Position numbers and translations under genes: made by a program. Below the pieces are notes generated by a model. It did no database searches. It had not been told where the DNA came from and saw only the letters and a program-made list of their open reading frames with translations. A stretch of 64,000 nucleotides of DNA from Candidatus Sulfotelmatobacter sp. (lineage in GTDB: Bacteria > Acidobacteriota > Terriglobia > Terriglobales > Acidobacteriaceae), in NCBI GenBank assembly GCA_049684755.1, contig JBAVGI010000036.1, forward strand, positions 1,571 through 65,570. Direction: 5' to 3'. Shown piece by piece: positions 53,940 to 64,000 of the stretch. Position 1 is the first letter of the stretch; the number at the start of each line of letters is the position of its first letter.

Positions 53940-54980
53940 ATGACCAAACATCTGAAGGAAGTTGACCGGCTGCGGAAGATTATCGAAGCATTCCCCAAGG
54001 TCACCGTTACGGTTCTGGGCGACCTCGTGGCCGATGAATTTGTTTATGGAGAAATATCGCGCGTGTCGCGCGAGGCGCCGGTGCTGATTCTGAAGCATCG
54101 CGAACGAAGCGTAGTGCCCGGAGGGGGCGCGAATGCGGTCAATAATCTGGCGGACCTGGGAGTGAACGTGTTGCCGGTAGGTGCGATTGGTGACGACGAA
54201 CCGGGACGGCTGCTCACAAAGTTTTTCCGTCACAAACGTATCCCGACCAGTGGAGTGCTGAAAGATAAAAGTTACACGACGGTCACGAAAACGCGAATTC
54301 TTGCGGGTATGACGCACAATACGCGCCAGCAGGTAGTCCGTGTGGATCGCGAACCGGAGAATCCTCCCAATCGTCATCTGACACGCGAATTGTTTCTGGC
54401 AGCACGGGAATATTTGCGGGCTTCCGATGCACTGTTGGTCTCCGACTATGGATATGGATCGGCGAGTCCTGCGATTGTGAACGCGTTGCGGCAAGCCGGA
54501 CGCCGAAGAGTTGTTCAGGTCCCCTTGATACTCGATTCGCGTTACCGGTTGCTGGAGTACTCGGGCGCGACCGCAGCCACTCCGAACGAGCCCGAAGTGG
54601 AAGCGGCGCTGGGTGTTCGCATCGGGCAGGATTGGGATAGATTGGCGCAGTCGGGGAAACAAATTATGGAACGGATGCAGCTGCAATCGCTGCTGATTAC
54701 GCGGGGACGCGACGGCATGGTGGCTTTCGATCAGAAACATGCGCCGGTGGATATTCCGATTTTTGGTTCGGATGAGGTTGCCGACGTAACCGGCGCGGGC
54801 GATACGGTGATTGCGGCATTCAGCGCCGCTCTAGCTGCTGGTGCCAGCACCGAAGAGGCGGCGCAGTTGGCGAACTATGCAGGAGGAATTGTAGTGATGA
54901 AGCGCGGCACGGCGACGGTTTCGCAAGAGGAATTACTGCGCGCGATTGAACAAGCTCCGCCATCGGTCAGGGCTCACTGA
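53940..54980 (+). CDS. hldA: D-glycero-beta-D-manno-heptose-7-phosphate kinase (RfaE domain I type, pfkB family).
   Basis: 346-aa ribokinase-like ORF with [13 protein letters not shown], in the context of a heptose/LPS-core cluster. Confidence 0.75.
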   Translation: MTKHLKEVDRLRKIIEAFPKVTVTVLGDLVADEFVYGEISRVSREAPVLILKHRERSVVPGGGANAVNNLADLGVNVLPVGAIGDDEPGRLLTKFFRHKRIPTSGVLKDKSYTTVTKTRILAGMTHNTRQQVVRVDREPENPPNRHLTRELFLAAREYLRASDALLVSDYGYGSASPAIVNALRQAGRRRVVQVPLILDSRYRLLEYSGATAATPNEPEVEAALGVRIGQDWDRLAQSGKQIMERMQLQSLLITRGRDGMVAFDQKHAPVDIPIFGSDEVADVTGAGDTVIAAFSAALAAGASTEEAAQLANYAGGIVVMKRGTATVSQEELLRAIEQAPPSVRAH

Positions 54981-54994
54981 TTCTGCAAAGACTT

Positions 54995-55495
54995 GTGAAC
55001 AAGAGAAATATGCGAGAGGGCAAGGTTTTCGGACGAACCGAGCTGCGCGAGCGCGTGGAGCGGTGGCGGGACGCCGGCGAGCGCATCGTCCTGGCGAATG
55101 GGAACTTCGATTTGCTGCACGTGGGTCACGTGCGCTACTTGCGAGGTGCGAAAGAGCTGGGCGGTAAACTGGTGGTGGCGATTAATTCCGATGAATCGGT
55201 GCGGGCGCTGAAAGGAGAGGGACGTCCGGTTATGCCGGCGGAGGAGCGTGCGGAAATTGTTGCGGCGCTCGCTGTTGTAGACGCGGTTGTCATCTTTTCT
55301 GAACTCGACGTGCGTGCTGTGATTCGTGAGATTCGTCCGGATATTCAGGCGAAGGGAACAGACTATACGGCGGACTGTGTTCCGGAGCGCGATGTAGTTG
55401 CGGAGTATGGTGGCCGCGTGGCTATTGTGGGTGACCCCAAAGATCATTCCACCAGCGAGATTATTCGCACGCGGCTCGGACCGAGGCAAGTGTGA
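54995..55495 (+). CDS. hldC: D-glycero-beta-D-manno-heptose-1-phosphate adenylyltransferase (RfaE domain II type).
   Basis: Cytidylyltransferase motif [15 protein letters not shown]. The start could be the ATG at 55010. Confidence 0.78.
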   Translation: MNKRNMREGKVFGRTELRERVERWRDAGERIVLANGNFDLLHVGHVRYLRGAKELGGKLVVAINSDESVRALKGEGRPVMPAEERAEIVAALAVVDAVVIFSELDVRAVIREIRPDIQAKGTDYTADCVPERDVVAEYGGRVAIVGDPKDHSTSEIIRTRLGPRQV

Positions 55496-56652
55496 GTTTC
55501 GAGTCCTCCGGTATCGAATCTATTTTAAAATCCATTCCCAACAACGATTCGAAAATGAGCCCGATTGTTCCGGGGGAAAAAGTCGAGCGGCTGTTAATCG
55601 TGCGTCTCAGTGCCATGGGGGACGTGATCCACACGGTGCCTGCAGTGGACTTTTTGCGGCAAGTTTTCCCGCAGGCTTATATCGGCTGGCTGATTGAAGA
55701 GCGCTGGGCCGAACTGTTGTGTGCGCCGGGATCTTCGCGGCGTGGTGCGCGATCTGAGCTTCGGCCGTTGGTGGATGAAGTCCACACGGTGAACCTCAAA
55801 ACCTGGCGAAAGTCTTTGTTCTCGATTTCGACCCTGCAGCACATGGCCACGGTTTGGAACGACGTGCGGAGCGCGCACTACGACGTTGCTGTCGATTTGC
55901 AAGGGGCCATACGGTCGGCAGTGCTGGCGCGGCTGTCGGGGGCGCGTGTAGTGTACGGTGCGGCTGAGCCGCGAGAGTCTCCGGCCAGCTTGTGGTACAC
56001 GCGTAAGGTGGTCGCGCGCGGAAGACATGTGATCGAACAAAACTTTTCAGTCGCCGAGGCGCTAGTTGAACACTCGATGAGACTTGCTCCAACCGATATT
56101 TCTCCTGATTTTCCGCGCGACGCGCGAGTTGAGGTTTCAGTCGATCAACGTCTCGCCGAATACGGTGTCGGCGACTTTGTCATTCTGAATCCGGGCGCGG
56201 GATGGGGTGCGAAGCGTTGGCCGGCGGAGCGCTATGGTGAAGCGGCAGGCGGCCTGGCAAATCTCGGCGTACGTTCGATTATCAATTATGGTCCGGGTGA
56301 AGAGGAAATGGCCCGCGTAGTTGAAGCTGCGAGCCGGGGAGCAGCGCAGGCGATGAGTTGTACCATCTCGGAATTGATCGCGTTGACGCGTCGCGCGCGC
56401 TTGTTCATCGGCGGGGATACTGGTCCACTGCATTTGGCGGCAGCGTTGCGAGTTCCGGTGATCGCGATTTACGGACCTACAGATCCCGCGCGTAACGGGC
56501 CCTATGGAACGCGCAGCGTTGTGCTGCGAAGTCCGGAGAGCGTTACGTCGCATGCGCGGCGTGCGGCGGCGGACGAGGGGATGCTGGGGATCGGCAGTGA
56601 TGAGGTGGTAGCGGCGGCGAACAAGTTACTGGCGCGCGACCTCAGGGGCTAA
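55492..56652 (+). CDS. Glycosyltransferase family 9 (LPS heptosyltransferase).
   Basis: [15 protein letters not shown] and [26 protein letters not shown] are GT9 hallmarks. The start is either the GTG at 55492, which overlaps the upstream stop, or the ATG at 55555. Confidence 0.82.
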   Translation: MSFESSGIESILKSIPNNDSKMSPIVPGEKVERLLIVRLSAMGDVIHTVPAVDFLRQVFPQAYIGWLIEERWAELLCAPGSSRRGARSELRPLVDEVHTVNLKTWRKSLFSISTLQHMATVWNDVRSAHYDVAVDLQGAIRSAVLARLSGARVVYGAAEPRESPASLWYTRKVVARGRHVIEQNFSVAEALVEHSMRLAPTDISPDFPRDARVEVSVDQRLAEYGVGDFVILNPGAGWGAKRWPAERYGEAAGGLANLGVRSIINYGPGEEEMARVVEAASRGAAQAMSCTISELIALTRRARLFIGGDTGPLHLAAALRVPVIAIYGPTDPARNGPYGTRSVVLRSPESVTSHARRAAADEGMLGIGSDEVVAAANKLLARDLRG

Positions 56653-56709
56653 AGCCCAGTTCTTATTTTGCGGGTATTTACGGCGCGGCTGAAGCCGCAC
56701 CCTTTCAAA
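56645..56709 (+). repeat. Composite two-hairpin element (A: GGGGCTAAAGCCC; B: GGCGCGGC-TGAA-GCCGCACC plus CTTTCAA).
   Basis: Read directly. The GT9 stop codon TAA (56650-56652) is the loop of hairpin A. Confidence 0.8.
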
Positions 56710-56743
56710 GCAAGATCGCGGAATCATTGCGTGGAATCATTGC

Positions 56744-57307
56744 ATGTCTAAGTGGTCAAAAATCGCGCGCCGGATTCGGGTGCCGCTGGGATTTATCTTT
56801 GCGGTGCTTTATTTCTGCCTGGCGCGGCCCACGTGGCAGTCGGTGGTGCTGGGTGCAATTTTAGTCGTGCCGGGGTTGGTGATCCGAGCTCTAGCTTCGG
56901 GGCACGTGCGCAAGAATGAATCGCTCGCCACTTCTGGCCCGTACGCTTATACGCGCAACCCGCTTTATCTGGGATCGCTGGTGATGGGGGTCGGATTCGC
57001 TCTGGCGGCGCGGAGTTGGTGGATTGGCATCGCGCTGGTCGTGATGTTTCTTGCCGTCTATTTGCCAGTGATCCGCGACGAAGAGGCATTCTTGCGGACG
57101 AAGTTTCCGGAGTTTGACGAATATGCGAGACAGGTGCCGAGGATGGTGCCACGGCTCACGCCAGCTTCAAGCCACGAGAGGGAAGGCGAAGGTCCGGCAG
57201 GATTTTCTCTGGAGCTGTATTTGAAGCATCACGAATACAACGCACTGATGGGGGCGGTGGCGATGATAGTGGCCTTGGTCGGTAAAATGGTTTTTGTTCG
57301 GAGTTAG
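56744..57307 (+). CDS. Isoprenylcysteine carboxyl / phospholipid methyltransferase family membrane protein.
   Basis: 187-aa polytopic ORF with the core SGPYAYTRNPLYLGSL ... EEAFL. Confidence 0.7.
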   Translation: MSKWSKIARRIRVPLGFIFAVLYFCLARPTWQSVVLGAILVVPGLVIRALASGHVRKNESLATSGPYAYTRNPLYLGSLVMGVGFALAARSWWIGIALVVMFLAVYLPVIRDEEAFLRTKFPEFDEYARQVPRMVPRLTPASSHEREGEGPAGFSLELYLKHHEYNALMGAVAMIVALVGKMVFVRS

Positions 57308-57337
57308 GCCCGCACCCGGCACTTCGTATGAGGCCCG

Positions 57338-57541
57338 TTAATGCGGAACCATGGTTCTGCGAACTACAAGACCCGCCAAGGCCAGGACTGCGCTTAAAAG
57401 CCACAAGTGCCATGGCAGTACGATGAAGTACACGTCGAGTATCTGCAGGTCAAACGAATGCATGGTAAATCGGAGAACACCTCCTAACACCAAAAGTATC
57501 GCGGCTCCCACGAATAGCGAAACAGAAAAAATCTTGAGCAT
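57338..57541 (-). CDS. Small two-TM membrane protein.
   Basis: 67-aa ORF that starts 21 nt after the stop of the upstream TPR-like gene on the same strand. It has two hydrophobic helices. Confidence 0.45.
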   Translation of the reverse strand: MLKIFSVSLFVGAAILLVLGGVLRFTMHSFDLQILDVYFIVLPWHLWLLSAVLALAGLVVRRTMVPH

Positions 57542-57562
57542 GGGGCCGCCCCCGTTCGATGG

Positions 57563-59200
57563 TTACTTTTGCGCCACCAATTTCCTTGCCTGGCTCAACT
57601 CCGGCCTCGTGGAGTTTGATCCGCCACAGACTTTCAGCAGCATCGCATAGTATTCCGTCGCATCATTCTGCTTGCCGGCGGCTTCGGCGGCACGGGCGGC
57701 GCCGTAGAGGCCGTCGAAGCGGTTGGGATTGAGCTTCAGGTCCGTCTGATATTCCACCAGCGCCTGCTGCGGACGCTTTGCCTCAAGCAGCATGTCGGCG
57801 ATCATCTCGCGGGCTGGGATGCCTTCCGGCTCCTCGCCGAGCGAATCCTCTTTATCGGCGATTGGACGCATGGCCTCGACTGCATCGTCATCTTTGCCCT
57901 CGGCGAAAGCCAGCCAAGCCTGGGCCTCTTTGCGATCGTCTTCCACTCCTTCGGCGAACTCTGACTTCTCGGCTACCAGCCTCTGATGAAGGCTATCAAT
58001 CGCCGCAAGATCTTTGCGGACATCCTCTGGCTTGCGAAGATGCGCTGAGCCGATGGCGCGCGCCCAGTAAATCGTAGATTCTTCGGCGGTTCCCGCAACC
58101 TCCGTGGGCGCGAGTGCCGCCGCGCTGGCCCAGTCATGCATTTCGATCGGATACAGCGCAGTCAAGTGGGCCAGGGCGGCCTGGTGCGGATCGTATCCCT
58201 TGCCATACATATCGTCTTGCTTGTTGGGCATGGCGCGGATCTCCTCCATGAGAGCTCTGGCGTCGGCGTCGCGTCCGCTTTGCATGTAGGCGTAGAAGAG
58301 GAAATCCATAGCGTGAAACTGATGGCCTTCGCCGCCCATGTGCATAGCGACGGTTTTACGCGTGGCCGCGATCGAGGCGAGGTTCGAGTTGATGTCGTCT
58401 TGCCAGAGGCCCACGCGGGCGAAGATGTGCGACGGCATGTGCAGGGCGTGCGGAGATGCGGGCGCAACCTGTGCGTAGCGGCGGGCGGCGGGCAATCCGA
58501 GTTGCGCCAATTGCGGCTTGTCGTAGGCATGGATCAGGTAGTGAGCCACGCCGGGATGGTCGGGTTCGGTGGCGAACAACTTTTCCAGAATCGCAGCCGC
58601 TTGCCTGCGATTGGCGAAAGTCGCGTCCTCCGGGGGTTCGGAAGCGAGCAGCGAAAGTGCATAGAAGACCGCGGCTTCATGATCGTCAGGGTAAGTCTCG
58701 TAGACTTTCTTCATCGCCTCCGAGTAAGCCTTGGCGCGGGCTTCATGATTCAATTTCTTGGAGTCACTGTAAAAAGCGCCGATGGCGTCGATATATGCGC
58801 TCTCGCGCGCCGTGATGGGGCCGTCCGTGGTTTTCGCTTCGTGAACTTCGTCAAGGCCGCGCTGGATTACTTTGGCGTCCGGTTTATTCCAGAGCTGGTG
58901 CCACAAGCTCATGGCAATACCCCAGTGTGCCATGGCGCAACCAGGATCATCGACGGCGATCTGGGTGAACTCCTTTTCTGCTTCTTCGTACCAGAAGGAA
59001 TGGAGCAGGGCCACGCCGCGCTGGAAAGACTTCTGAACGGTGGGTGCGCAGGATACTGGAAACACGACCGTGCCTAACTGCGCGGTGGTTAGATCTTCGT
59101 GGTGAGGATGCGCCTGATCGTCATCCGCTGGTGGACCGCTCGCAAAGGCGGTAGATAAGAAGAGAGACGAAGTAAGCAACAGCCATAAGATGCGTTTCAT
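57563..59200 (-). CDS. Secreted TPR-like helical-repeat protein.
   Basis: Signal peptide MKRILWLLLTSSLFLSTAFA. The composition is helical-repeat-like with TPR-like segments, for example ALVEYQTDLKLNPNRFDGLYGAARAAEAAGKQNDATEYY. Confidence 0.65.
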   Translation of the reverse strand: MKRILWLLLTSSLFLSTAFASGPPADDDQAHPHHEDLTTAQLGTVVFPVSCAPTVQKSFQRGVALLHSFWYEEAEKEFTQIAVDDPGCAMAHWGIAMSLWHQLWNKPDAKVIQRGLDEVHEAKTTDGPITARESAYIDAIGAFYSDSKKLNHEARAKAYSEAMKKVYETYPDDHEAAVFYALSLLASEPPEDATFANRRQAAAILEKLFATEPDHPGVAHYLIHAYDKPQLAQLGLPAARRYAQVAPASPHALHMPSHIFARVGLWQDDINSNLASIAATRKTVAMHMGGEGHQFHAMDFLFYAYMQSGRDADARALMEEIRAMPNKQDDMYGKGYDPHQAALAHLTALYPIEMHDWASAAALAPTEVAGTAEESTIYWARAIGSAHLRKPEDVRKDLAAIDSLHQRLVAEKSEFAEGVEDDRKEAQAWLAFAEGKDDDAVEAMRPIADKEDSLGEEPEGIPAREMIADMLLEAKRPQQALVEYQTDLKLNPNRFDGLYGAARAAEAAGKQNDATEYYAMLLKVCGGSNSTRPELSQARKLVAQK

Positions 59201-59501
59201 GGAAACCCCACTGAGAAGTGAGTTTAGCCGGGAGATGGATACGGGGTCAAAACTGGCGGGTGGGTGGAGCGCGAGGGCGATAGAAGAGGTCGAACCACAG
59301 TGCCGGTTTGGGACAAACTACTGAGTTCGATCATACAAACATATGTTCGCTGGCGTACAGAGCTATGTTCTGTTACACTTCGCGGCGATCGGACTTGGGT
59401 AGCGTCACACACCCCTGGGTGTGGGTTCCTCTACTTGCGAAACATCGCAGGAGCCGAATCCGCACAGCTTAATGAATCTACCTAGCCCGCAGGGAGTAGC
59501 C

Positions 59502-62500
59502 ATGGATTTGCACCCTGGGCACGAGCCACGCCAGGTTCTTGAAGCCAAGCCGGACGAGTTGCGCCGAGTGCGGCGCTTGCGGGAAAACCAAGCATGGTAC
59601 CAGGATTTGGTGGAGCACAGTCACGATCTGTTGTGCGTCCACGATCTGGAGGGCCATCTTCTCCTGGTCAACTCCGCGCCTGCTCGCTTGCTGGGCTATA
59701 GCGTAGAGGAGCTTCTGAGAATTCCCATGCAGGAACTCATTGCCCCGGAGTTCCGCTCCCAATTCGATTCCTATCTCAATGAGATTGAAAGCAACGGGGA
59801 GGCTCGGGGCTTTCTCGCCTTAATTACGCGCTCCGGCGAGAGGCGGATCTGGCAGTACTACAACACACTTAAGGCGGAAGCGGGTTCCGCCCCGATCGTG
59901 CGCGGCATCGCTCATGACGTTACCGAGCAGATGCGCACCGAAAAGCTGCTGCGTGAAGCTGGCGAGGGATTGCTTCGCGAAGTGCGCAAGAACGAGACGA
60001 CCATTGGGGAGCTGAGACTATTCCGGGCGCTGGTGGATCAGAGCAACGATGCCATCGAAGTTGTGGATCCGGAAACTCTTCGCTTTCTCGATGTCAGTGA
60101 AAAAGCCTGCTCGGCGCTCGGCTACAGCCGCGAAGAGATGCTGTCCCTGAGAGTCCACGATATTCATCCCGCAAACACTCCCCTATCGCTAGGGAAGATC
60201 AGAGAAGACTTACACAAATCTGGCTTCTTCGTGCTGGAATGCCGACACCAAAGAAAGGACGGGTCGTTTTTTCCAGTGGAAGTAAGCATGAGATGGGTCC
60301 ACCTGGATCGCGACTATATCGTCGCGGTCGTCCGCGATCTTACCGAACGCAACCAATCCGCGGAAAGGCTGCGCGAATACGAGAGAGTGGTGGAAGGTCT
60401 GGAGGAGATGATCGTGGTAGTGGACCGCGATTACCGCTACGTAATCGCCAATCACGCGTATTTGAAGTACCGGGACATGAAAAAAGAAGAAGTCATCGGA
60501 CGGCGTGTCGACGAAGTAGTGCATAAAGAGGTTTTCGAGTCCTTAGTCAGAGGAAAGATGGAGGAATGTTTCCGGGAAGGCAAAGTTGTCGCCTACGACA
60601 TGAAATATGCCTACCCTACCCTGGGTGAAAGAGAATTGTTCGCCACATATTTTCCCATTGAAGGTCCCACAGGCGTAGAGCGGATCGCCGTGATCCTGCA
60701 GGATGTAACCGAGAGTAAACGGGCAGAGCGGGCGCTGAAGGAGTCAGAAGAGAAGTTCTCGAAGGCGTTTCGGCAAGGCCCGATGGCGATCACGATAACG
60801 AGTATAAGGGACGGCCGTTACATCGAGGTCAACGAAACTTTTGAACGCGCGACCGGATGGCGTCGCGCAGAGGTTCTCGGGCGGACACCTTTGGACATTG
60901 GGCTCTGGGTAAATCCGGGTGAAAGGTTGGAACTGGGAGCACGGCTTTTACGCGAAGGCAGAATCCGCAATGTCGAAACCGCCTTTCGCATGAAAAACGG
61001 CAGCATCCGTGCAGTTTCAATAACCGCGGAACGGATCGAGGTAAATGGTGAGCCGTGTGTAATCGGGGCGGCTGTGGACATTTCTGAGCGGAAGCAGGCG
61101 GAGCAGGCCTTGCGGCATAGCGAGGAAAATTACCGCATGTTCGTCGCGCAGAGTTCGGAGGGCATCTTCCGCGAGGATATGGACAAGCCGATTTCCATTG
61201 ACCTGCCGGAAGATGAGCTGATTCATCATATCCTTTACGACTCCTATCTGGTGGAGTGCAATGACGCCATGGCCGCGATGTACGGCTTGAGCTCCGCACG
61301 GGAGTTGCAGGGAAAGCGCCTGACGGAAATGGTGCCGCCCGAGGATCCGCACAATATCGAGCTAACCCGCCATTACATTCAGTCCGGATTCCGGGTATTA
61401 GACCGGGAGTCGCACGAGATCGACGTTCATGGCAATCCCAAAGTCTTTCTCAATAGCCTGATCGGCACCGTGGAAAACGGAATGTTGGTGCGTACTTGGG
61501 GTATTCAACGGGATATCACGGAGAAGGCGAAACTGGATGAGTCAAGGCAGCAGGCCGAGCAAGCCTTGCGGCAGAATGTTGCTCAACTGCAGTTGGTGAC
61601 CGAGGAACTTCGGCTGGCCAAGGAGAAACTCTCCGAAGAAAAGCTTTATCTGGAACAAGCGATTGATACAGAACTGGGATTTGGGGAAATCATTGGTCGC
61701 AGCACTGCCTTGAAAGATGTGATGGAGAAAGTTGCCAAGGTCGCTCCCAGCGATGCTACCGTGCTGCTTCTCGGCGAAACTGGCACCGGAAAAGAATTAG
61801 TGGCCAGGGCCATCCACCGCCTGAGCAAGCGTAGAGAGAACACCTTCATCAAGCTGAACTGCGCCGCAATTCCCTCCGGGTTGCTGGAGAGCGAACTCTT
61901 TGGTCATGAAAAAGGCGCGTTCACGGGCGCGGTCGCGAAGAAGCTGGGCCGGCTCGAATTGGCCGATGAGGGAACCCTCTTCCTGGATGAAATTGGAGAA
62001 GTTTCGCTGGACCTGCAGCCGAAACTGCTGCGGGTGCTGCAGGATCAGGAATTCGAACGGCTGGGCGGCACGCAGACTCTCAAAGTGAATTTCCGCCTGA
62101 TAGCGGCGACCAATCGAGACTTGCTGGAGAGTGTGAACCGGCGAGAGTTTCGCACCGACCTTTATTACCGTCTGAATGTCTTCCCGCTGCGCACGCCGCC
62201 GCTGCGCGAGCGGCGAGAGGATATTCCGCTTCTCATCGAACACTTCGTGCGCAAGTATGCCAGCCGGATGAACAAGTCGATCTTGAGCATCCCTGCAAAA
62301 ACCATGGAGACTCTGATGCAGTGGGGATGGCCGGGAAATATCCGCGAGTTGGAAAACTTCGTGGAGCGCTCGGTAATTCTCACTCCCGGATCGGTGTTGC
62401 AGGTGCCACTCAACGAACTGCATGCAGACATCGGGCGGGAGGAAAGTGAGACTCTGCACGACGCGGAACGCGAACGCATTCTGCGCGCCCTCCGCGAATG

Positions 62501-62615
62501 CAACGGCCAACTCGGCGGACCCAATGGCGCAGCGGCGCGCTTAGGTTTGAAACGCACTACGCTTCAGTCGAAGCTCAACGCCTTCGGAATCAATCCAGGA
62601 GGGTATCGCGCCTGA
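59502..62615 (+). CDS. Sigma-54-dependent transcriptional activator with multiple N-terminal PAS domains.
   Basis: The AAA+ core has [23 protein letters not shown] and RLNVFPL, and the C-terminal Fis-type HTH reads [16 protein letters not shown]. About 700 residues of repeated PAS-like modules (...RDITE/RDLTE/QDVTE...) precede the core. I prefer the ATG at 59502, which follows GGGAG. Confidence 0.88.
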   Translation: MDLHPGHEPRQVLEAKPDELRRVRRLRENQAWYQDLVEHSHDLLCVHDLEGHLLLVNSAPARLLGYSVEELLRIPMQELIAPEFRSQFDSYLNEIESNGEARGFLALITRSGERRIWQYYNTLKAEAGSAPIVRGIAHDVTEQMRTEKLLREAGEGLLREVRKNETTIGELRLFRALVDQSNDAIEVVDPETLRFLDVSEKACSALGYSREEMLSLRVHDIHPANTPLSLGKIREDLHKSGFFVLECRHQRKDGSFFPVEVSMRWVHLDRDYIVAVVRDLTERNQSAERLREYERVVEGLEEMIVVVDRDYRYVIANHAYLKYRDMKKEEVIGRRVDEVVHKEVFESLVRGKMEECFREGKVVAYDMKYAYPTLGERELFATYFPIEGPTGVERIAVILQDVTESKRAERALKESEEKFSKAFRQGPMAITITSIRDGRYIEVNETFERATGWRRAEVLGRTPLDIGLWVNPGERLELGARLLREGRIRNVETAFRMKNGSIRAVSITAERIEVNGEPCVIGAAVDISERKQAEQALRHSEENYRMFVAQSSEGIFREDMDKPISIDLPEDELIHHILYDSYLVECNDAMAAMYGLSSARELQGKRLTEMVPPEDPHNIELTRHYIQSGFRVLDRESHEIDVHGNPKVFLNSLIGTVENGMLVRTWGIQRDITEKAKLDESRQQAEQALRQNVAQLQLVTEELRLAKEKLSEEKLYLEQAIDTELGFGEIIGRSTALKDVMEKVAKVAPSDATVLLLGETGTGKELVARAIHRLSKRRENTFIKLNCAAIPSGLLESELFGHEKGAFTGAVAKKLGRLELADEGTLFLDEIGEVSLDLQPKLLRVLQDQEFERLGGTQTLKVNFRLIAATNRDLLESVNRREFRTDLYYRLNVFPLRTPPLRERREDIPLLIEHFVRKYASRMNKSILSIPAKTMETLMQWGWPGNIRELENFVERSVILTPGSVLQVPLNELHADIGREESETLHDAERERILRALRECNGQLGGPNGAAARLGLKRTTLQSKLNAFGINPGGYRA

Positions 62616-62804
62616 GCAGTTGGTTCGCCCCTGACACAGGATAGGAACTTGGGGTATCCTCTTCCTGATGACAGCGAGATTTAAGCGAATTCTGGAAGCG
62701 GCTGCCTGGTTTGTTGCCGGTTTTGTAACCCACCTGTTGCTCCATTACTACCATCACCTCAGCTAGAAATGGCGGAATAATCCGGCGGTTTTTCCTAAGA
62801 ACGA

Positions 62805-62836
62805 AAGCCCCCTGCGTGAGCAAGGGGCTTTTCGTT
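62805..62836. terminator. Hairpin between the convergent activator and OmpA-family genes.
   Basis: A 7-bp stem (aagcccc / ggggctt) with a 12-nt loop, followed by TTCGTT on the plus strand and TTCGTTCTT on the minus strand. Confidence 0.4.
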
Positions 62837-62882
62837 GGGGGAGGGACTTGAGCGAGGCGCTCGGTCCCTTACCAAAGTCGAA

Positions 62883-63761
62883 CTACTTCGGCTGCTGTTG
62901 CTGGTCGGGAGTGGTGGCCGGAGTCGAAGCGCCACTGGCCAATTGCTCCAGATCATTCTTCAACAGGCTGATTTCCACGCGACCGCCGCTCATATGCTTG
63001 GTCTTGGCGTCGGTATCCGTAGCCACAGGCGCATTGCCCATGCCCACCAGATAAATCCGGTAAACCGGAACGTCATTGTTCAAGACCATATAGCGGACGA
63101 CCGACTCAGCCATTTTCTGCGAGTTTGTGATCGCGGTCTGGCCCTTGCCGGAGGAGAAACCCTGCACTTCGATGATGTAGCCATGCTGGCCCTTGACGCC
63201 GTTGGCCATTTCGTCCAGAGCGTCTTTGGCGTTCTTGCTCAACACAGTTTGGCCGGGACGGAAGCGAATCTCAGTCTGGTTAGACGCTTTATACTGGTCA
63301 ATATTGCCAACTACGGTTTCCACCGTCTGGATGCGCGTCGTAGCCTGCTGGGCGCTCTGTTGCGCCATCGTAGCCTTGTTGCCCGCATCGACGGCGTGCT
63401 GATCAGCCTCATTGGCCTTATCGGAAGCCAGCTTGATGCCGGCTTGGGCGCGAGCGTCGGTGTCTTTAATTGCCCGGCTGTTGGCGGCGGTTAAATCGTC
63501 CAGTTCATTCACCCGGTCGCGAATGGGTTCGGTCTGGCGCTTCACATAGCTCTTGCGGGCGAATGGATTCACCCGTCCCCAGAAGCCTTCACGAGCGGGC
63601 GTCTGCAGAGGCTGCTTGCCCGTGCCATTCATGTCAGTAGACTGGCTGGGTTGGGAAGCGGCGGGGGGATTGGATTGATCTTGGGTAGACGAAGTTTGCG
63701 CAAAGGCCGGAAATGCAAGCATCGCGGCCAGAGGCAAAGTAGCGAGCATACGAGTGTTCAT
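62883..63761 (-). CDS. OmpA-family protein with a coiled-coil N-terminal half.
   Basis: Signal peptide (LATLPLAAMLAFPAFA). The C-terminal OmpA-like domain reads IIEVQGFSSGKGQTAITNSQKMAESVVRYMVLNNDVPVYRIYLVGMG. Confidence 0.8.
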   Translation of the reverse strand: MNTRMLATLPLAAMLAFPAFAQTSSTQDQSNPPAASQPSQSTDMNGTGKQPLQTPAREGFWGRVNPFARKSYVKRQTEPIRDRVNELDDLTAANSRAIKDTDARAQAGIKLASDKANEADQHAVDAGNKATMAQQSAQQATTRIQTVETVVGNIDQYKASNQTEIRFRPGQTVLSKNAKDALDEMANGVKGQHGYIIEVQGFSSGKGQTAITNSQKMAESVVRYMVLNNDVPVYRIYLVGMGNAPVATDTDAKTKHMSGGRVEISLLKNDLEQLASGASTPATTPDQQQQPK

Positions 63762-64000
63762 AAAAAGACTTCCTCCAATTTGGGGGAGCGTTTACGGGGC
63801 TCCACTCCAGCACGCCAAAACGGGCGTGTTGCGTGATTTCTAATTGCGTCCCCTAAAACCAGCGGTATGCGGTGACGCGACGCATACCGAAAAGCGCAAA
63901 ACTTGGGCACCGAAAGCATTCCGATGCCAACAGTTCTACTACAGGTCTGATGCCAAAACTCACTTTTGGGTTTGAGCGCTAAACACTTGACCCTAAAGAG

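Noticed and set aside
53844-54740. 298-aa ORF on the minus strand. Similar long antisense ORFs lie at 51930-52772, 11915-12856 and 9480-10205.
   Set aside because: All lie opposite genes with clear family signatures (hldA-like, waaA, cca, gatA), and their translations are low-quality and Arg-rich.
58136-59077. 313-aa ORF on the plus strand.
   Set aside because: It is antisense to the signal-peptide-bearing TPR-like gene, and its translation shows no motifs.
59288-59335. ggtcgaaccacagtgccgg... with a GGTCGAACC motif, suggesting a tRNA T-arm.
   Set aside because: I could not fold a cloverleaf: there is no complementary T stem, acceptor stem or anticodon arm.
62668-62766. 32-codon ORF (MTARFKRILEAAAWFVAGFVTHLLLHYYHHLS) downstream of the sigma-54 activator.
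   Set aside because: It has no ribosome-binding site and is too short to judge. It is noted only because it is hydrophobic and is followed by hairpins.
63902-63933. TTGGCATCGGAATGCTT on the minus strand upstream of the OmpA-family gene, resembling a sigma-54 -24/-12 element.
   Set aside because: The GG-to-GC spacing is one nucleotide short of the strict TGGCAC-N5-TTGC geometry.

Overview
This 64-kb window looks like a mostly housekeeping chromosomal segment from a moderately GC-rich Gram-negative genome, probably Acidobacteriota/Terriglobia. The lineage guess rests on two gene types I recognise from memory: a roughly 1,200-aa TonB-dependent receptor with a carboxypeptidase-regulatory-like N-terminus, and a VWFA-type secreted protein. 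It also rests on the intergenic hairpin repeats. I support about 65 protein genes and one tRNA-Val. I found no rRNA, CRISPR array, transposase or integrase.

Main blocks, left to right:
- A partial HtrA-like protease and a BlaI/BlaR1-like pair.
- tRNA-Val with a small scarred pocket next to it.
- pgsA, cysS, an FmdE-like gene, the DUF721-gatC-gatA operon, cca, an isoaspartyl peptidase and greA.
- A complete iscRSUA-hscBA-fdx-iscX operon whose intercistronic spacers all carry structured repeats.
- tsaD, then an ABC-2 exporter with a HisKA_3/LuxR two-component module.
- A small unassigned pocket at 29.7-33 kb: an XRE/S24-like regulator, an unannotated 44-codon secreted Cys peptide, a polytopic membrane protein and a single-pass protein.
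- The giant TonB receptor, a VapBC pair, tandem quinone oxidoreductases, an MltD-like lytic transglycosylase and a charge-bipolar histone-H1-like protein.
- A MarR-controlled pocket, gatB, an LPS-core cluster (waaA-lpxK-hldA-hldC-GT9), a multi-PAS sigma-54 activator and an OmpA-family protein.

I could not demonstrate any novel system. The best candidate for something undescribed is the 29.7-33 kb pocket, which carries a thrice-repeated 18-nt box. The inverted heptamer arrays inside the isc operon come next.

All coordinates, motif calls and counts were made by eye. Family names come from memory and need database confirmation.
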